DNA of 63,637 nucleotides, the filler included. It is 6 parts of 6 records of this genome, joined end to end, with 100 filler letters (N's around TTAATTAATTAA, not from the genome) between each part and the next. Parts side by side here need not be neighbours in the genome. Positions count along the whole stretch, not along the records: positions 42,322 to 52,379 come from SRR31156797_22496; positions 52,480 to 58,027 come from SRR31156797_22519; positions 58,128 to 63,637 come from SRR31156797_22558; 3 more parts are not named here. One strand, written 5' to 3'. The notes beneath the pieces were generated by a model. The model did not search any database and had not been told where the DNA came from. It worked only from the letters and a program-made list of their open reading frames with translations. A program made the translations under genes and the position numbers. This document shows, in pieces, positions 48,347-58,646 of the stretch (positions are counted from its first letter, which is position 1; each line of letters begins with the position of its first letter).

Positions 48347-49636
48347 ATGGGATATTCTAAAAAACGTAGCTTACTTGCAGGAATTATACTTTGTATTATT
48401 TTCCTGTGTACCATACAACTTTCAGTTGCAGATGACAGTGATATTTCAACAGATGTCAGCTCCAGTTACAAACTTATTCCTGAGAATGGAATAGTAAAAG
48501 TATCCAAGGAAATAACTTTTTACAACTCAAATAGTGATACCAGCTACTGGAGAGGTTTTTACTCAAATTACAACTATTACCTTCCGGATGATGCAAAGAA
48601 TATTCATGCTTACGATAATGAAAAGTCAATAAGCTATTCAATGGCATCAGAAGGTTACTACGTATTCAACTTTAACACCAAAGTATGGTATGAAGAGAGT
48701 TACACTTTCTACATAAACTATGAAATTGAGACAAAACAAAACACAGCTGTCTTTTCCCTTCACGAATACGGAGATAACATCGAGGTTACAGTTGAAGTAC
48801 CTTCAGATTTTGATACAACATTAAGCAGGAATGATTACGAAGTTGAAGAGAAAATGCATTCAAGCATTTACAAATTTGAGAAGGGACAAAAATGGGACAA
48901 GGCCTGTTCAGTCAGCTCAGTAAGAGATGCACCTCGCATGATGCTTAAAAATACTGCACATCTAAGTGAAAGGGATGTAGATGTAGTGGTCAATTACTGG
49001 GAAGGCGAAGAGGAGTGGGCATATGACACAATGGAGACAACAATCAAATCCCTTGAGCTTCTTGAAGAAAAATGGGGATTTGCTTACCCGGCAGAATATA
49101 ACATCTCCATCACGCAGGCAAGCATTGAAGAGACAGGAGGGTACGGAGGATATAATGAAGGCAGGGGTGGTATCTGGTTACTCCATACATCCAACCATGG
49201 AATACTCATACATGAACTTGCACACTACTGGACACGTGCCTGCAATTTCGATCAATTGTGGATGGATGAAGGATATGCTGACCTTTATACATATATAGTG
49301 CTGACTGAAATAGAACCTGATGAGGCTACTTCCAGGCGTGACAGATTCCTTGTTAAGTATGAAAACCTGAAAGAGGAATATGATTATCCGCTTTCTGACT
49401 GGAGTACACCTGAAACCATTGATGATACTACTGAAAACAAAGTTGACTTTGGCTACAAAAAAGCATTCTCACTTACATACTCATTATATGAAACAGTTGG
49501 AACGGATACTCTGCAGGACATGAACAGGCAATTCATAATATCCAGCAGCGATATTGACAATTCAGAGTATATCGAAATTACAACATCCACTTCAAACGAG
49601 GATTTAGGGTTTATAGAACACTATATCTATGCCTGA
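48347..49636 (+). CDS. Secreted gluzincin (M1/MA-like) metallopeptidase
   Basis: Signal peptide; HELAHYW...WMDEGYA; downstream GYKKA tyrosine. Confidence 0.8.
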   Translation: MGYSKKRSLLAGIILCIIFLCTIQLSVADDSDISTDVSSSYKLIPENGIVKVSKEITFYNSNSDTSYWRGFYSNYNYYLPDDAKNIHAYDNEKSISYSMASEGYYVFNFNTKVWYEESYTFYINYEIETKQNTAVFSLHEYGDNIEVTVEVPSDFDTTLSRNDYEVEEKMHSSIYKFEKGQKWDKACSVSSVRDAPRMMLKNTAHLSERDVDVVVNYWEGEEEWAYDTMETTIKSLELLEEKWGFAYPAEYNISITQASIEETGGYGGYNEGRGGIWLLHTSNHGILIHELAHYWTRACNFDQLWMDEGYADLYTYIVLTEIEPDEATSRRDRFLVKYENLKEEYDYPLSDWSTPETIDDTTENKVDFGYKKAFSLTYSLYETVGTDTLQDMNRQFIISSSDIDNSEYIEITTSTSNEDLGFIEHYIYA

Positions 49637-49823
49637 ATCTGGCAAACGTTTATTTGCTTTTTTACTCATCTTATTAAAGCATTTATCAAATACGAATACA
49701 TAATATATATGCCACGGATATATTTATAATATAATAAAGCATAATAGAAAAAAGTTAGTGGGAATATCATGAATTACTTGTGCTCAGGTATAACCCTTTA
49801 TTTGCCACAGGGGAAAAAGGGAA

Positions 49824-52034
49824 ATGAAGAACTCTGATAAAAACGAGTCTTTGATAGAAGACACAACGGACATAGTTAATGCTATACTTAATCAGGCATC
49901 TGTTGATGATATTTTAAAATATCTTGTTAATAAAATTCCTTCTTTGTTCTCCGAACCTGAGGACGTATCAGTCAGAATTGAGTGGATGGATAAAAAATGC
50001 AATTCAATAAGTTACTGTAAGGATGAAGTTATCCTTTCAAGTGATATAGTAATTAAAGGTGAAAAAGAAGGCTCTATTGAGATTGCAGTTAAAAACAAAA
50101 AAATGTCAGTCAAAGAAGATGCTGACCTGCTAACAGAGTATGAAAAGATTCTTAATACCATTTCCAGAATGGTATCTGTTTTCCTTGCAAAAAGAAATGA
50201 TTATTCTGAGTTAAAAGCAAGAGCTCAAAGAACTCGCAGTTATTGCGAAAAGCTTGAAGAGCATATTTTTGTTGTGGATTCTGATGGCAACATCACTGAT
50301 TTTAATCTGAATTTTGCAGAATGCATTGGCTACCCTGAAGAAGAAATAAAGGGAATGAATCTCAATAATATATTATCCCAATGTTCAACAGGCGCAAATA
50401 TGCATACCCTTCTCAGGGATGCTGCTATAAAAGGAGCTGCAATAGTTGATGTGGAACATAAATGTAGTACTGGTGAAATTATTCCTATGAGTATTACATG
50501 TAAACTGCTTGATGATTCTAAAGACCCATTATTTATCTGCGTAGCAAAAGATGTTTCTGAGACAAAAAAAGCTCAGAACCTGCTACAGAAAGAGAAAGAC
50601 AGGCTTGAGAACTATCTGGATGTAGTTGGTTCTATTATTGGAATAGTCAATAGCGATTCGGAAATCATTTTTGTTAATAAGGTGGGAGCTGAGGTTCTTG
50701 GATACCCAAAAGAAGAGATTATGGGTAAGAACTGGTTTGATTGTTTCCTGCCTGAGAGTGTAAGGGAAATTACAAGAGATAATTTCTTTAAGGTCATGGA
50801 TGGAGAAATTACTCCACCACAGTTCTTTGAAAACCTCCTGCTTACAAAAGATGGGGATGAAAGACTAATATTCTGGCACGATGTACCCCTTGAAGATGAA
50901 AATGGTAAGCGTATAGGGATGATCAGCTCAGGCGAGGATATCACTGAAAACAAAAAGATGGAAGCAATGCTTGTAGATTCTGAAAAGAACCTTAAGGCAA
51001 TATTTGATAATGTAGATGATCAAATCTACATCTTCAGACCATACGGATACTTTGTAGATGTTAATAAAGCTGTAACTGAGTCTACAGGATACGCAAAGGA
51101 AGAAATGCTTGAGATGACACCACAGGACATACTTAAGCAGGAACTCAGACCCCTGATGGAAGGTTACACAAGACGTATTATGAAAGAAAAAACCGTCATA
51201 TACGAAATATCTAATGTACGCAAAGACGGATCCCTGGTACCACTGGAAGTTAATTCAAGACTCATTGAGTATAAGGGAAAGGAAGCTATCATCTCGGTTG
51301 CCAGGGATATCACCGAACGTAAGAAATCAGAAGAAAGGCTGAAAAGATATGCAGGTGAGCTTAAGCAATCAAATGAACTCAAGGAACTTTTCACTGATAT
51401 TATCAGACATGATCTGCTGACTCCTGCCAGTATTATAAAAGGTTATACCGATGAACTTCTTGATTTTGTAAAAGATGAAACTGCATGCAAACTGGCAGTT
51501 AAGATCAGAGACAATAATGACAGGCTTATAGAGCTACTTGAAACTGCCACAAAGCTTGCAAAATTGCAAAAAGATGACGACATAACTTTCGAAAAAATAG
51601 ATATTGTTCCTATTTTTAAAATGGTCATCGAGAGTTTCAAAACTCAGATGGACGAAAAGGAACAGGAAATTATTATCACAGGAGACGGTAAACGAGTTTC
51701 TGTTGTTAATCCTGTTATAGAAGAAGTTTTTGTGAATCTTCTCTCAAATGCCATGAAGTACAGTCCCAAAAAAAGCACCATAGAGGTTGCTTTTACTGAT
51801 GAAACAAATATGTGGAAAGTAAGCGTAAAGGATAGTGGAATTGGAGTTCCTGAAAAGGATAAAACTTTGCTTTTCAACCGTTTTCAGCGTGCTGATAAAA
51901 AAGGAATAAAAGGAACTGGACTGGGACTTGCTATTGTTAAAAGAATAATTGAGCTACATGGTGGAAAATACGGAGTGGAAGATAATCCTAATGGCCAGGG
52001 AAGTGTTTTCTGGATTGAAGTAAAGAAAGGATAA
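49824..52034 (+). CDS. Cytoplasmic multi-PAS histidine kinase
   Basis: Three PAS/PAC units; DIIRHDLLTP H-box; NLLSNAMKY, DSGIG, GTGLGL. Confidence 0.92.
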   Translation: MKNSDKNESLIEDTTDIVNAILNQASVDDILKYLVNKIPSLFSEPEDVSVRIEWMDKKCNSISYCKDEVILSSDIVIKGEKEGSIEIAVKNKKMSVKEDADLLTEYEKILNTISRMVSVFLAKRNDYSELKARAQRTRSYCEKLEEHIFVVDSDGNITDFNLNFAECIGYPEEEIKGMNLNNILSQCSTGANMHTLLRDAAIKGAAIVDVEHKCSTGEIIPMSITCKLLDDSKDPLFICVAKDVSETKKAQNLLQKEKDRLENYLDVVGSIIGIVNSDSEIIFVNKVGAEVLGYPKEEIMGKNWFDCFLPESVREITRDNFFKVMDGEITPPQFFENLLLTKDGDERLIFWHDVPLEDENGKRIGMISSGEDITENKKMEAMLVDSEKNLKAIFDNVDDQIYIFRPYGYFVDVNKAVTESTGYAKEEMLEMTPQDILKQELRPLMEGYTRRIMKEKTVIYEISNVRKDGSLVPLEVNSRLIEYKGKEAIISVARDITERKKSEERLKRYAGELKQSNELKELFTDIIRHDLLTPASIIKGYTDELLDFVKDETACKLAVKIRDNNDRLIELLETATKLAKLQKDDDITFEKIDIVPIFKMVIESFKTQMDEKEQEIIITGDGKRVSVVNPVIEEVFVNLLSNAMKYSPKKSTIEVAFTDETNMWKVSVKDSGIGVPEKDKTLLFNRFQRADKKGIKGTGLGLAIVKRIIELHGGKYGVEDNPNGQGSVFWIEVKKG

Positions 52035-52087
52035 ATACCATTTTTGTGCTAATGATATTCATTTACTGTTTCTTTCATATTATTAGA

Positions 52088-52379
52088 TTATGTTGTCTGG
52101 ATTGTATTTTTGCCCAGTCTTTCTAACTTGTTCCACTTTGCTTTTTTGCCTATCAGATAATCAACTAAAACTTTAATAAGAATCATGTGCAACAAAGGCT
52201 TGTATATAAGCAAGAATCCAGGAACGCTTAAAAACAATTTCTTGTTTTCATTGTCCATCAAAATGGTATAGCAGAATATAGCCAATTGGATACCCAAGGC
52301 CTGGATTAAAAAGGTAAAAGAGTTAAAAAATGTATTTGTATATGCCATGTACAGCAAAGCCATAATTGCACCTGTTGAA
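52088..52379 (-). CDS. C-terminal fragment of a membrane GT2-like glycosyltransferase
   Basis: TM segments followed by KAKWNKLERLG; open to the contig edge. Confidence 0.55.
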
Positions 52380-52479
52380 NNNNNNNNNNNNNNNNNNNNN
52401 NNNNNNNNNNNNNNNNNNNNNNNTTAATTAATTAANNNNNNNNNNNNNNNNNNNNNNNNNNNNNNNNNNNNNNNNNNNN
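52380..52479. other. Artificial contig spacer
   Basis: Same linker. Confidence 0.99.
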
Positions 52480-52498
52480 TTAATCAATCAATTCGGTA

Positions 52499-55400
52499 TT
52501 ACCTTTTAATAATCCTTTCTGATTTAACGATTTCGTCGTTAGAAATTAATGTAACAACGTAAACGCCAGTGGTCAGATTACCAGTACGGATTTCATAACT
52601 TGGATATTCAATATCTAATACACGCTGACCAGCAATGTTAGAAACAATCACACGGTCAAGTTTATCGTAATTATCTACTCTTATGAAATTATTGAATGGA
52701 TTAGGATAAACCTTAAAGTCAACAGTTTCAAATCCAGGAGTTACACTAGTTGCCCAGTCTCCTGTAGTGAATTCCCATCCACCTTCAACAGTTCCATCCC
52801 ATACAAGACCATCACCCCATACGATACCACTGTCAACTTCTACAACATAAGTTGTAAACGCTAATAGTTGACCATCGTCAGGATAAGTATAGTCTACTGT
52901 TATTGTAGTACCATCATCGCTTAGCATATCTTTTGTAATTGCTAATACCAAACTAGCTTCAGTTGAATCCTTAGCTGTAACAGTTAAGTTTCCTGCAACT
53001 GAATCGTTCCATGTAACAGGTTCTTCAAACACAATTACAAATGTTGGATGGTTGTCATCTATTGAATCATTAGGAGAAACTGACTCAACAACTGGTTGAG
53101 CTCTGTCTTTTTCACTAACCACAACAGTTAACTCATTTTCACAAGTTTCATCTACTTCGTATACGAAAACGTGTGTTCCTGCATCAAGAGCAGTATCCAA
53201 TCCAGCTTCAGCGTCAGTATAGTCAACTGTTTCATCAGTATAAGTCCATACTGAGTCTACACGTGCTAATGGGTAATCAAGTGTTACAGATGTAGTATCT
53301 GAACAACTATGAAGGTCAATAACTTTAATAATATGTGTTCCACCGCTCAAAGTTACTGTTTCATCAGTTACAACTTCATCGTCTACCATTATAGTATAAG
53401 GTGCAACACCACCTGATGCAGTAATTGTAACATCAGTACCACATCCGTCAACTTCACCTGCAACAGCAGTTACGTTAAGCTCATCAGTTATTACCTGATC
53501 GAATGTTACAGAGTCTTTATCTGATGTACATCCCATACTATCAACTACATAAATTTCATAGTGTTGATCTTCATCACTTTCATTATCAAACTTAAATGTT
53601 TGATCAAGAAGAATTTCTGTTTCCGTCGTCCATTCAGTTTCACCGAAATGCGGATCTGATTCTTCTTCGTATTGTCTCCAAACAACTTTGAACTTACGTC
53701 CTTCTTCACCAGTAATGATAACATTTACAGAAGCAGCTGTATCTCCCGAACAAGTTACATCTTCAATTGCTTCAATTTTTAATGAATCTACCGGATCAAT
53801 ACTTAAAACGTTGGAGGTATCAGTGCAACCATTTGCATCTTTTACAACGATAAAGTAATCATGTCCAGTATTAACCAAAAAGTCATCATAATTAACATAG
53901 TCTGTTTTTAGGACACCATCTTGCCATAACTGGAATTGATAATATGGATTATAATTTACAGTTCCTGACGTACTCTTCTCTTTCAAAGGTAAAAAGAAAC
54001 CAAGTCCTGGTGTTCCACCATTCGCAGTTGCCTGAATAAATCCTTCAGTTACTCCAGGGCAACTAAATTGGCCATCAGCTATGTCAACAACTACCTCTAG
54101 AACAGGTGTCTCATCAATCACAACTGAATCAAGAGTAGAACAACCGCTTGCATCATGTGTAACAGTCACGTAGTATACACCAGCACCAATACCAGTTAAG
54201 GTATCAGTTTCTTCTTCATTTATCATCACTGTAACTTCAGGATCAACCTGAACTACACCGTCTATTGTAACAACAATATTACTAACAATAATTGAGTCAT
54301 TCATATCTCCATTACATAAAGGAGACCCAGTGCTATCTGCATCAAATGTGATAATAGTATTTGGTGCGGCAATTTTTACACGCCATTCATTTATAGGTGT
54401 TCCATTCAAATCTTCACCACCCATTAAACATCCGTTAATTGTATCATACGCCCAAACAATGTAAGTTCCGTATTGATCAACCTCAAATATACTATCTGTT
54501 TGCCATTCTCCACTAGTCATCGGATCCGGAACAAGAATGTGTTCTGGTAATTTAGACAATTCTGCATAATATTTAAATGCACCAGAACCACCTTCAGCCT
54601 GAACAGAGAATGATCCATCTGCACTACAAGTAATATCAGATATCCAGGTAGTAGCCAGAATAATTGAATCAGGTTCTGAAATAGTTAAAGGTTTAACTTT
54701 AGTACAACCGTTCATGTCAGTAACTGTAACCTCGTATAATCCGGCCACTAAATCACTAAAAGTAATTTCTGTAGCAGTAGAGTCTTTTGTTCCTGAAACC
54801 GGTCCACTAATCGTTGTGTAATATGGATCTTGTCCACCACTAATATTTGATACAACTATAATTCCATCATCACTACCCTTGCAATGTACTGAATCCATTA
54901 TAACAGCATCAAAATCTAAACTTTCAGGAGATGTAATTGTAGCACTAGCAGTTCCTTCACAACTGTACCAGCTAATTTCAACTGCTGTAATCGCATAATC
55001 ACCTGATCCTAAGCCACTATATGAAACAGCAACTGCAGAATCAACACTTCCAGGTAAAATAGAATCGTTTACCTGAACGATATAACTTACGCCTGGTCTA
55101 CCACCTGTAACAGTAATTTTAAGTTCCCCGTTTGGAGCATCACAACTATTTGTATTATGAGTTGTATCAACATCTACTAAAATTTCATTCGGTTCATTAA
55201 TTGTATATACAAATGGATCTTCCAACATACATCCGAAAGTATCTCTCACCCATACCGTATAAGTACCGGGTTCCGTAATCAAAACTTCTTGTGACGCAGA
55301 TCCCGGGCCATAAGTCTCATCAGGGAACGGTAACCAGGAATTAGTACCAATTTTATATTCGTAAGGCATTGTGCCTCCGGATACGGCAAATCCAATGGCA

Positions 55401-57985
55401 CCATCACTTGCATTAAAACAAGTTATATCACTACTATACGAACCTGCGTACATCAAACCACTTTCAGGGCCATCTACAACTATTTCGCCTGTTTCAGCAC
55501 CCGCACAAAGCGCATCAGTAACTACAACTTTGAATGTACCTGCTGGTAAGTTTACAAACACAGTTTCAGTCACATCTACGTAACCAGCAACATCTACCCA
55601 TGTTCCATCCCAAACTTGTAATGTATAAGTAAAATCTTCACTTCCGCCTTCAGCAGGGAAAACTTCAATTACACCACTAGTATCACCATAACACACAATA
55701 TCAGTAACTGACTTAGCTGTGTCGCTAATTGTTACCATATCTAATCCATCAACATTAAATGGACCTCTTGCAACCTTTTTATCACAATCATCTTTTACTA
55801 CAACGTAGTAAGTACCTTTCCCAACATTAATATCTACAGAATCAGCACCAACAGGCCATGCAGTAAATGCAGCGTCAGGTAAATTCATTGCAGCCTGCCA
55901 GGTATTAGCATGCCCATATTCAAATGGTTCTGTTCCACCTGTAAGCTTAATTGTTAATGTTCCATCGTTACTACCGTAACAACTTGCATCTCCTGTTGCA
56001 CTACCTATAACATCTAAAGCATCTTCCTCTGTTACTTTTACAGAAATAGAATTTTTAGACATACAACCTAAATTATCTTTAGCCCAGAAATAATAAGTAC
56101 CTGGTCCTAAATCGTCGTAATATCCAGTTGTAGTTGAATCTCCAGAAACCCAAACTTCTGACTCGTCCGTAGTCATAAATATGGAAATAGTTCTATTGTC
56201 TGAACCCGTTTGATCAGCCCATGTATCTACATCAATATCAACATAAGCATCTGAGGCACCATTACAAGTGATAAATGTATCCATTTCATCAATTTCAATG
56301 ATATTCTCATCTAGTGTATCAATCATTACAGTCTGGCTAGCAACCACAGCGCTACAAGAAAGGTCTCTTGCATAAACGTTATACTCAGCAGCAGAAACAG
56401 CAAATATGTGATTTTCATACCAACTTAAATCAGCACTACTTGTTATATCTCTAATAGCATATTCGAATTCTCCGCTACCACCAGTCGCACTTATGCTAAT
56501 TACACCATCGTTTCCTCCAGGACATGTAGGAGATACAGTGTCCACACTTACAATTGAAACGTCTGTTGGATCAGTTAGAACGACAGGAGCATCTCCATAT
56601 ATTACACAACTTTCATCGTCTTTAACTGCAACAACATAAGTACCACCAACAACATTCCATGATGAGGCTGAACTCCATGCCACAAGAACATTATCTGAGC
56701 CATCTTCCAATTGATATTCGTAAGGAGCATTACCTCCACTTACATTCTCAATATTAATAGTAGAGCTATCTCCATAACAACCTGCTGTATCAACAACAAC
56801 ATCATAAGTTATGGCTTCAGGAGCCTGTAAACTAATTACATTTTGACCTCCATTATCGTAAGCAACTGAGTCGCATGCATCATTTGCATTGTTAACCCAA
56901 ATACTATAATAACCGATTTTAAGGTCAGTAAAAGCAATTGTATCATCAACTGGTGTACCTGTTGCTAAAATAGTATCTGCTCCAAAAAATGCAATAGTTG
57001 CATACATACTAGAATCAGCAGGACCAGTAATATTTGTAACGTAGATCGCTCCATCAGTAGAATCAGTACAAGCGATATCATCCAATGCTATATCGAATGT
57101 AATTGCAGCAGGATCTTCTAAAACCACACTACTATCAGAAACAACTGAACACATATTACTATCCACTGCTGTGGCAGTATAAGTACCTTCTGGCACATCA
57201 ATAACGGCAGTATCATTAACTGTAGTTTCAGTAACTCCACCAACTGTTACACTATACTCACCACCATAACCACCAGAAACAACAACAGTTACAGTACCAT
57301 CTCCGGCAATACATTCAGGATCCGATCCATAAATGGTATCGATTACCAAAGCAGGAGGCGCATCATTAACCACTGCAGTATCCCATGCAGCAATATTTGT
57401 TAAATCCACACACCCTTTAACATCCTGAACGGCAACAAAATATGTTCCTGTTCCAGCAATTATTTGCGCAGAACCAACTGTATTTTCCGGATAATCTGCA
57501 GGTTCATCCCAATCAGCTTCAGGAACGAAGTAATAAGTATATGGACCGTGGTCTCCACTAAATTTTATTGTAACCTCACCATCATCACCATAACACTGAG
57601 GATGCTCCACTTCGGGAGACTCAATAACTACAGGTTCGATTAAATCGACATCGGTATAATAAAGTTCGTCAGAATAACAGGTGTCGTCAACCTGAACCAT
57701 TATTCTGAACGCAACACCTTCTTTTACCGCAACAGTTGAATCACTGGTAAAACCGCCCCAACCACTTGGGTCATCGTCCAGGTTAAATGCATATTTTGCA
57801 TCTGTGTAACCAAGAACCCGGTAAGTGACATATGCGCTATCACATACATCAGCAGGATTGGTAACTAGATCAACATTACTCTCAGTTAGTGGAGGAACAT
57901 TACACTGAGCGCTAAGCTCGGTAACAAAGCCCATCACAAACAAGAGCAACGCTAAGCTAAAAAGCCTTGTAAACATTTTTCTCAT
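52499..57985 (-). CDS. 1828-aa T9SS-secreted protein: SprB-like repeats, Ig-like domain, type-A CTD
   Basis: Signal peptide; many C-x-G...GG-x-x-PY-x-Y...GTY-x-V-x-V-x-D-x-x-GC repeats; VYPNPF...GVYVV...RIIKR sorting domain. Confidence 0.92.
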   Translation of the reverse strand: MRKMFTRLFSLALLLFVMGFVTELSAQCNVPPLTESNVDLVTNPADVCDSAYVTYRVLGYTDAKYAFNLDDDPSGWGGFTSDSTVAVKEGVAFRIMVQVDDTCYSDELYYTDVDLIEPVVIESPEVEHPQCYGDDGEVTIKFSGDHGPYTYYFVPEADWDEPADYPENTVGSAQIIAGTGTYFVAVQDVKGCVDLTNIAAWDTAVVNDAPPALVIDTIYGSDPECIAGDGTVTVVVSGGYGGEYSVTVGGVTETTVNDTAVIDVPEGTYTATAVDSNMCSVVSDSSVVLEDPAAITFDIALDDIACTDSTDGAIYVTNITGPADSSMYATIAFFGADTILATGTPVDDTIAFTDLKIGYYSIWVNNANDACDSVAYDNGGQNVISLQAPEAITYDVVVDTAGCYGDSSTINIENVSGGNAPYEYQLEDGSDNVLVAWSSASSWNVVGGTYVVAVKDDESCVIYGDAPVVLTDPTDVSIVSVDTVSPTCPGGNDGVISISATGGSGEFEYAIRDITSSADLSWYENHIFAVSAAEYNVYARDLSCSAVVASQTVMIDTLDENIIEIDEMDTFITCNGASDAYVDIDVDTWADQTGSDNRTISIFMTTDESEVWVSGDSTTTGYYDDLGPGTYYFWAKDNLGCMSKNSISVKVTEEDALDVIGSATGDASCYGSNDGTLTIKLTGGTEPFEYGHANTWQAAMNLPDAAFTAWPVGADSVDINVGKGTYYVVVKDDCDKKVARGPFNVDGLDMVTISDTAKSVTDIVCYGDTSGVIEVFPAEGGSEDFTYTLQVWDGTWVDVAGYVDVTETVFVNLPAGTFKVVVTDALCAGAETGEIVVDGPESGLMYAGSYSSDITCFNASDGAIGFAVSGGTMPYEYKIGTNSWLPFPDETYGPGSASQEVLITEPGTYTVWVRDTFGCMLEDPFVYTINEPNEILVDVDTTHNTNSCDAPNGELKITVTGGRPGVSYIVQVNDSILPGSVDSAVAVSYSGLGSGDYAITAVEISWYSCEGTASATITSPESLDFDAVIMDSVHCKGSDDGIIVVSNISGGQDPYYTTISGPVSGTKDSTATEITFSDLVAGLYEVTVTDMNGCTKVKPLTISEPDSIILATTWISDITCSADGSFSVQAEGGSGAFKYYAELSKLPEHILVPDPMTSGEWQTDSIFEVDQYGTYIVWAYDTINGCLMGGEDLNGTPINEWRVKIAAPNTIITFDADSTGSPLCNGDMNDSIIVSNIVVTIDGVVQVDPEVTVMINEEETDTLTGIGAGVYYVTVTHDASGCSTLDSVVIDETPVLEVVVDIADGQFSCPGVTEGFIQATANGGTPGLGFFLPLKEKSTSGTVNYNPYYQFQLWQDGVLKTDYVNYDDFLVNTGHDYFIVVKDANGCTDTSNVLSIDPVDSLKIEAIEDVTCSGDTAASVNVIITGEEGRKFKVVWRQYEEESDPHFGETEWTTETEILLDQTFKFDNESDEDQHYEIYVVDSMGCTSDKDSVTFDQVITDELNVTAVAGEVDGCGTDVTITASGGVAPYTIMVDDEVVTDETVTLSGGTHIIKVIDLHSCSDTTSVTLDYPLARVDSVWTYTDETVDYTDAEAGLDTALDAGTHVFVYEVDETCENELTVVVSEKDRAQPVVESVSPNDSIDDNHPTFVIVFEEPVTWNDSVAGNLTVTAKDSTEASLVLAITKDMLSDDGTTITVDYTYPDDGQLLAFTTYVVEVDSGIVWGDGLVWDGTVEGGWEFTTGDWATSVTPGFETVDFKVYPNPFNNFIRVDNYDKLDRVIVSNIAGQRVLDIEYPSYEIRTGNLTTGVYVVTLISNDEIVKSERIIKR

Positions 57986-58027
57986 AGCATTTCTTTTAAA
58001 TTGAACTTAATTGATTGATTGATTTTA

Positions 58028-58127
58028 NNNNNNNNNNNNNNNNNNNNNNNNNNNNNNNNNNNNNNNNNNNNTTAATTAATTAANNNNNNNNNNNNNNNNN
58101 NNNNNNNNNNNNNNNNNNNNNNNNNNN
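58028..58127. other. Artificial contig spacer
   Basis: Same linker. Confidence 0.99.
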
Positions 58128-58635
58128 AACTGTTTCTGAGATCATAGCCTGCAGCGGAGTGGAATATGCAGATGTGCTGGAAATGATGGCTGCAACTCCA
58201 CAGGATATATCAATGCGTATAGCAATGCTTAAATGCGCCACAAGAGCAAACATCGAAAGAATCGATGACTGGCTTTTAGTGGATTCTCATGTCAATTCTT
58301 TCGGTGGAGCAGCTTCTTCCATGTTTCTCAATATCGGTGCAGATGTAGCCCTTATTGGAACCACGCGTGATGCTAATATAAGAGTAAGTGGCAGGGCTAA
58401 ACGTGAAGCTGTGGCCGCAGGTGTGAACCTGGGCCGGATAATGGAAGATATAAGCAAGAACTACGACGGAACAGGAGGAGGACATGCAGGAGCTGCCGGC
58501 ATAGATGTGGTTGCTGATATGGACACAATTATAAGGGAATGCAAGGACAGGATACGTGCAATCCTCAAAGGCAAACCCAATCCTTCTATATGCGATTCAT
58601 TGAAACAGGAAAACGGTGAATCTAAAACGGTTTAA
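58128..58635 (+). CDS. DHH-family phosphoesterase, DHHA1 C-terminal part (5' partial)
   Basis: RVSGRA and GTGGGHAGAAG. Confidence 0.8.
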
Positions 58636-58646
58636 GGGGCAATTAG

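Noticed and set aside
19741-58127. Five identical TTAATTAATTAA motifs, and apparent bacterial-archaeal gene juxtaposition suggesting cross-domain transfer
   Set aside because: These are artificial spacers within N runs; neighbouring contigs come from different organisms.
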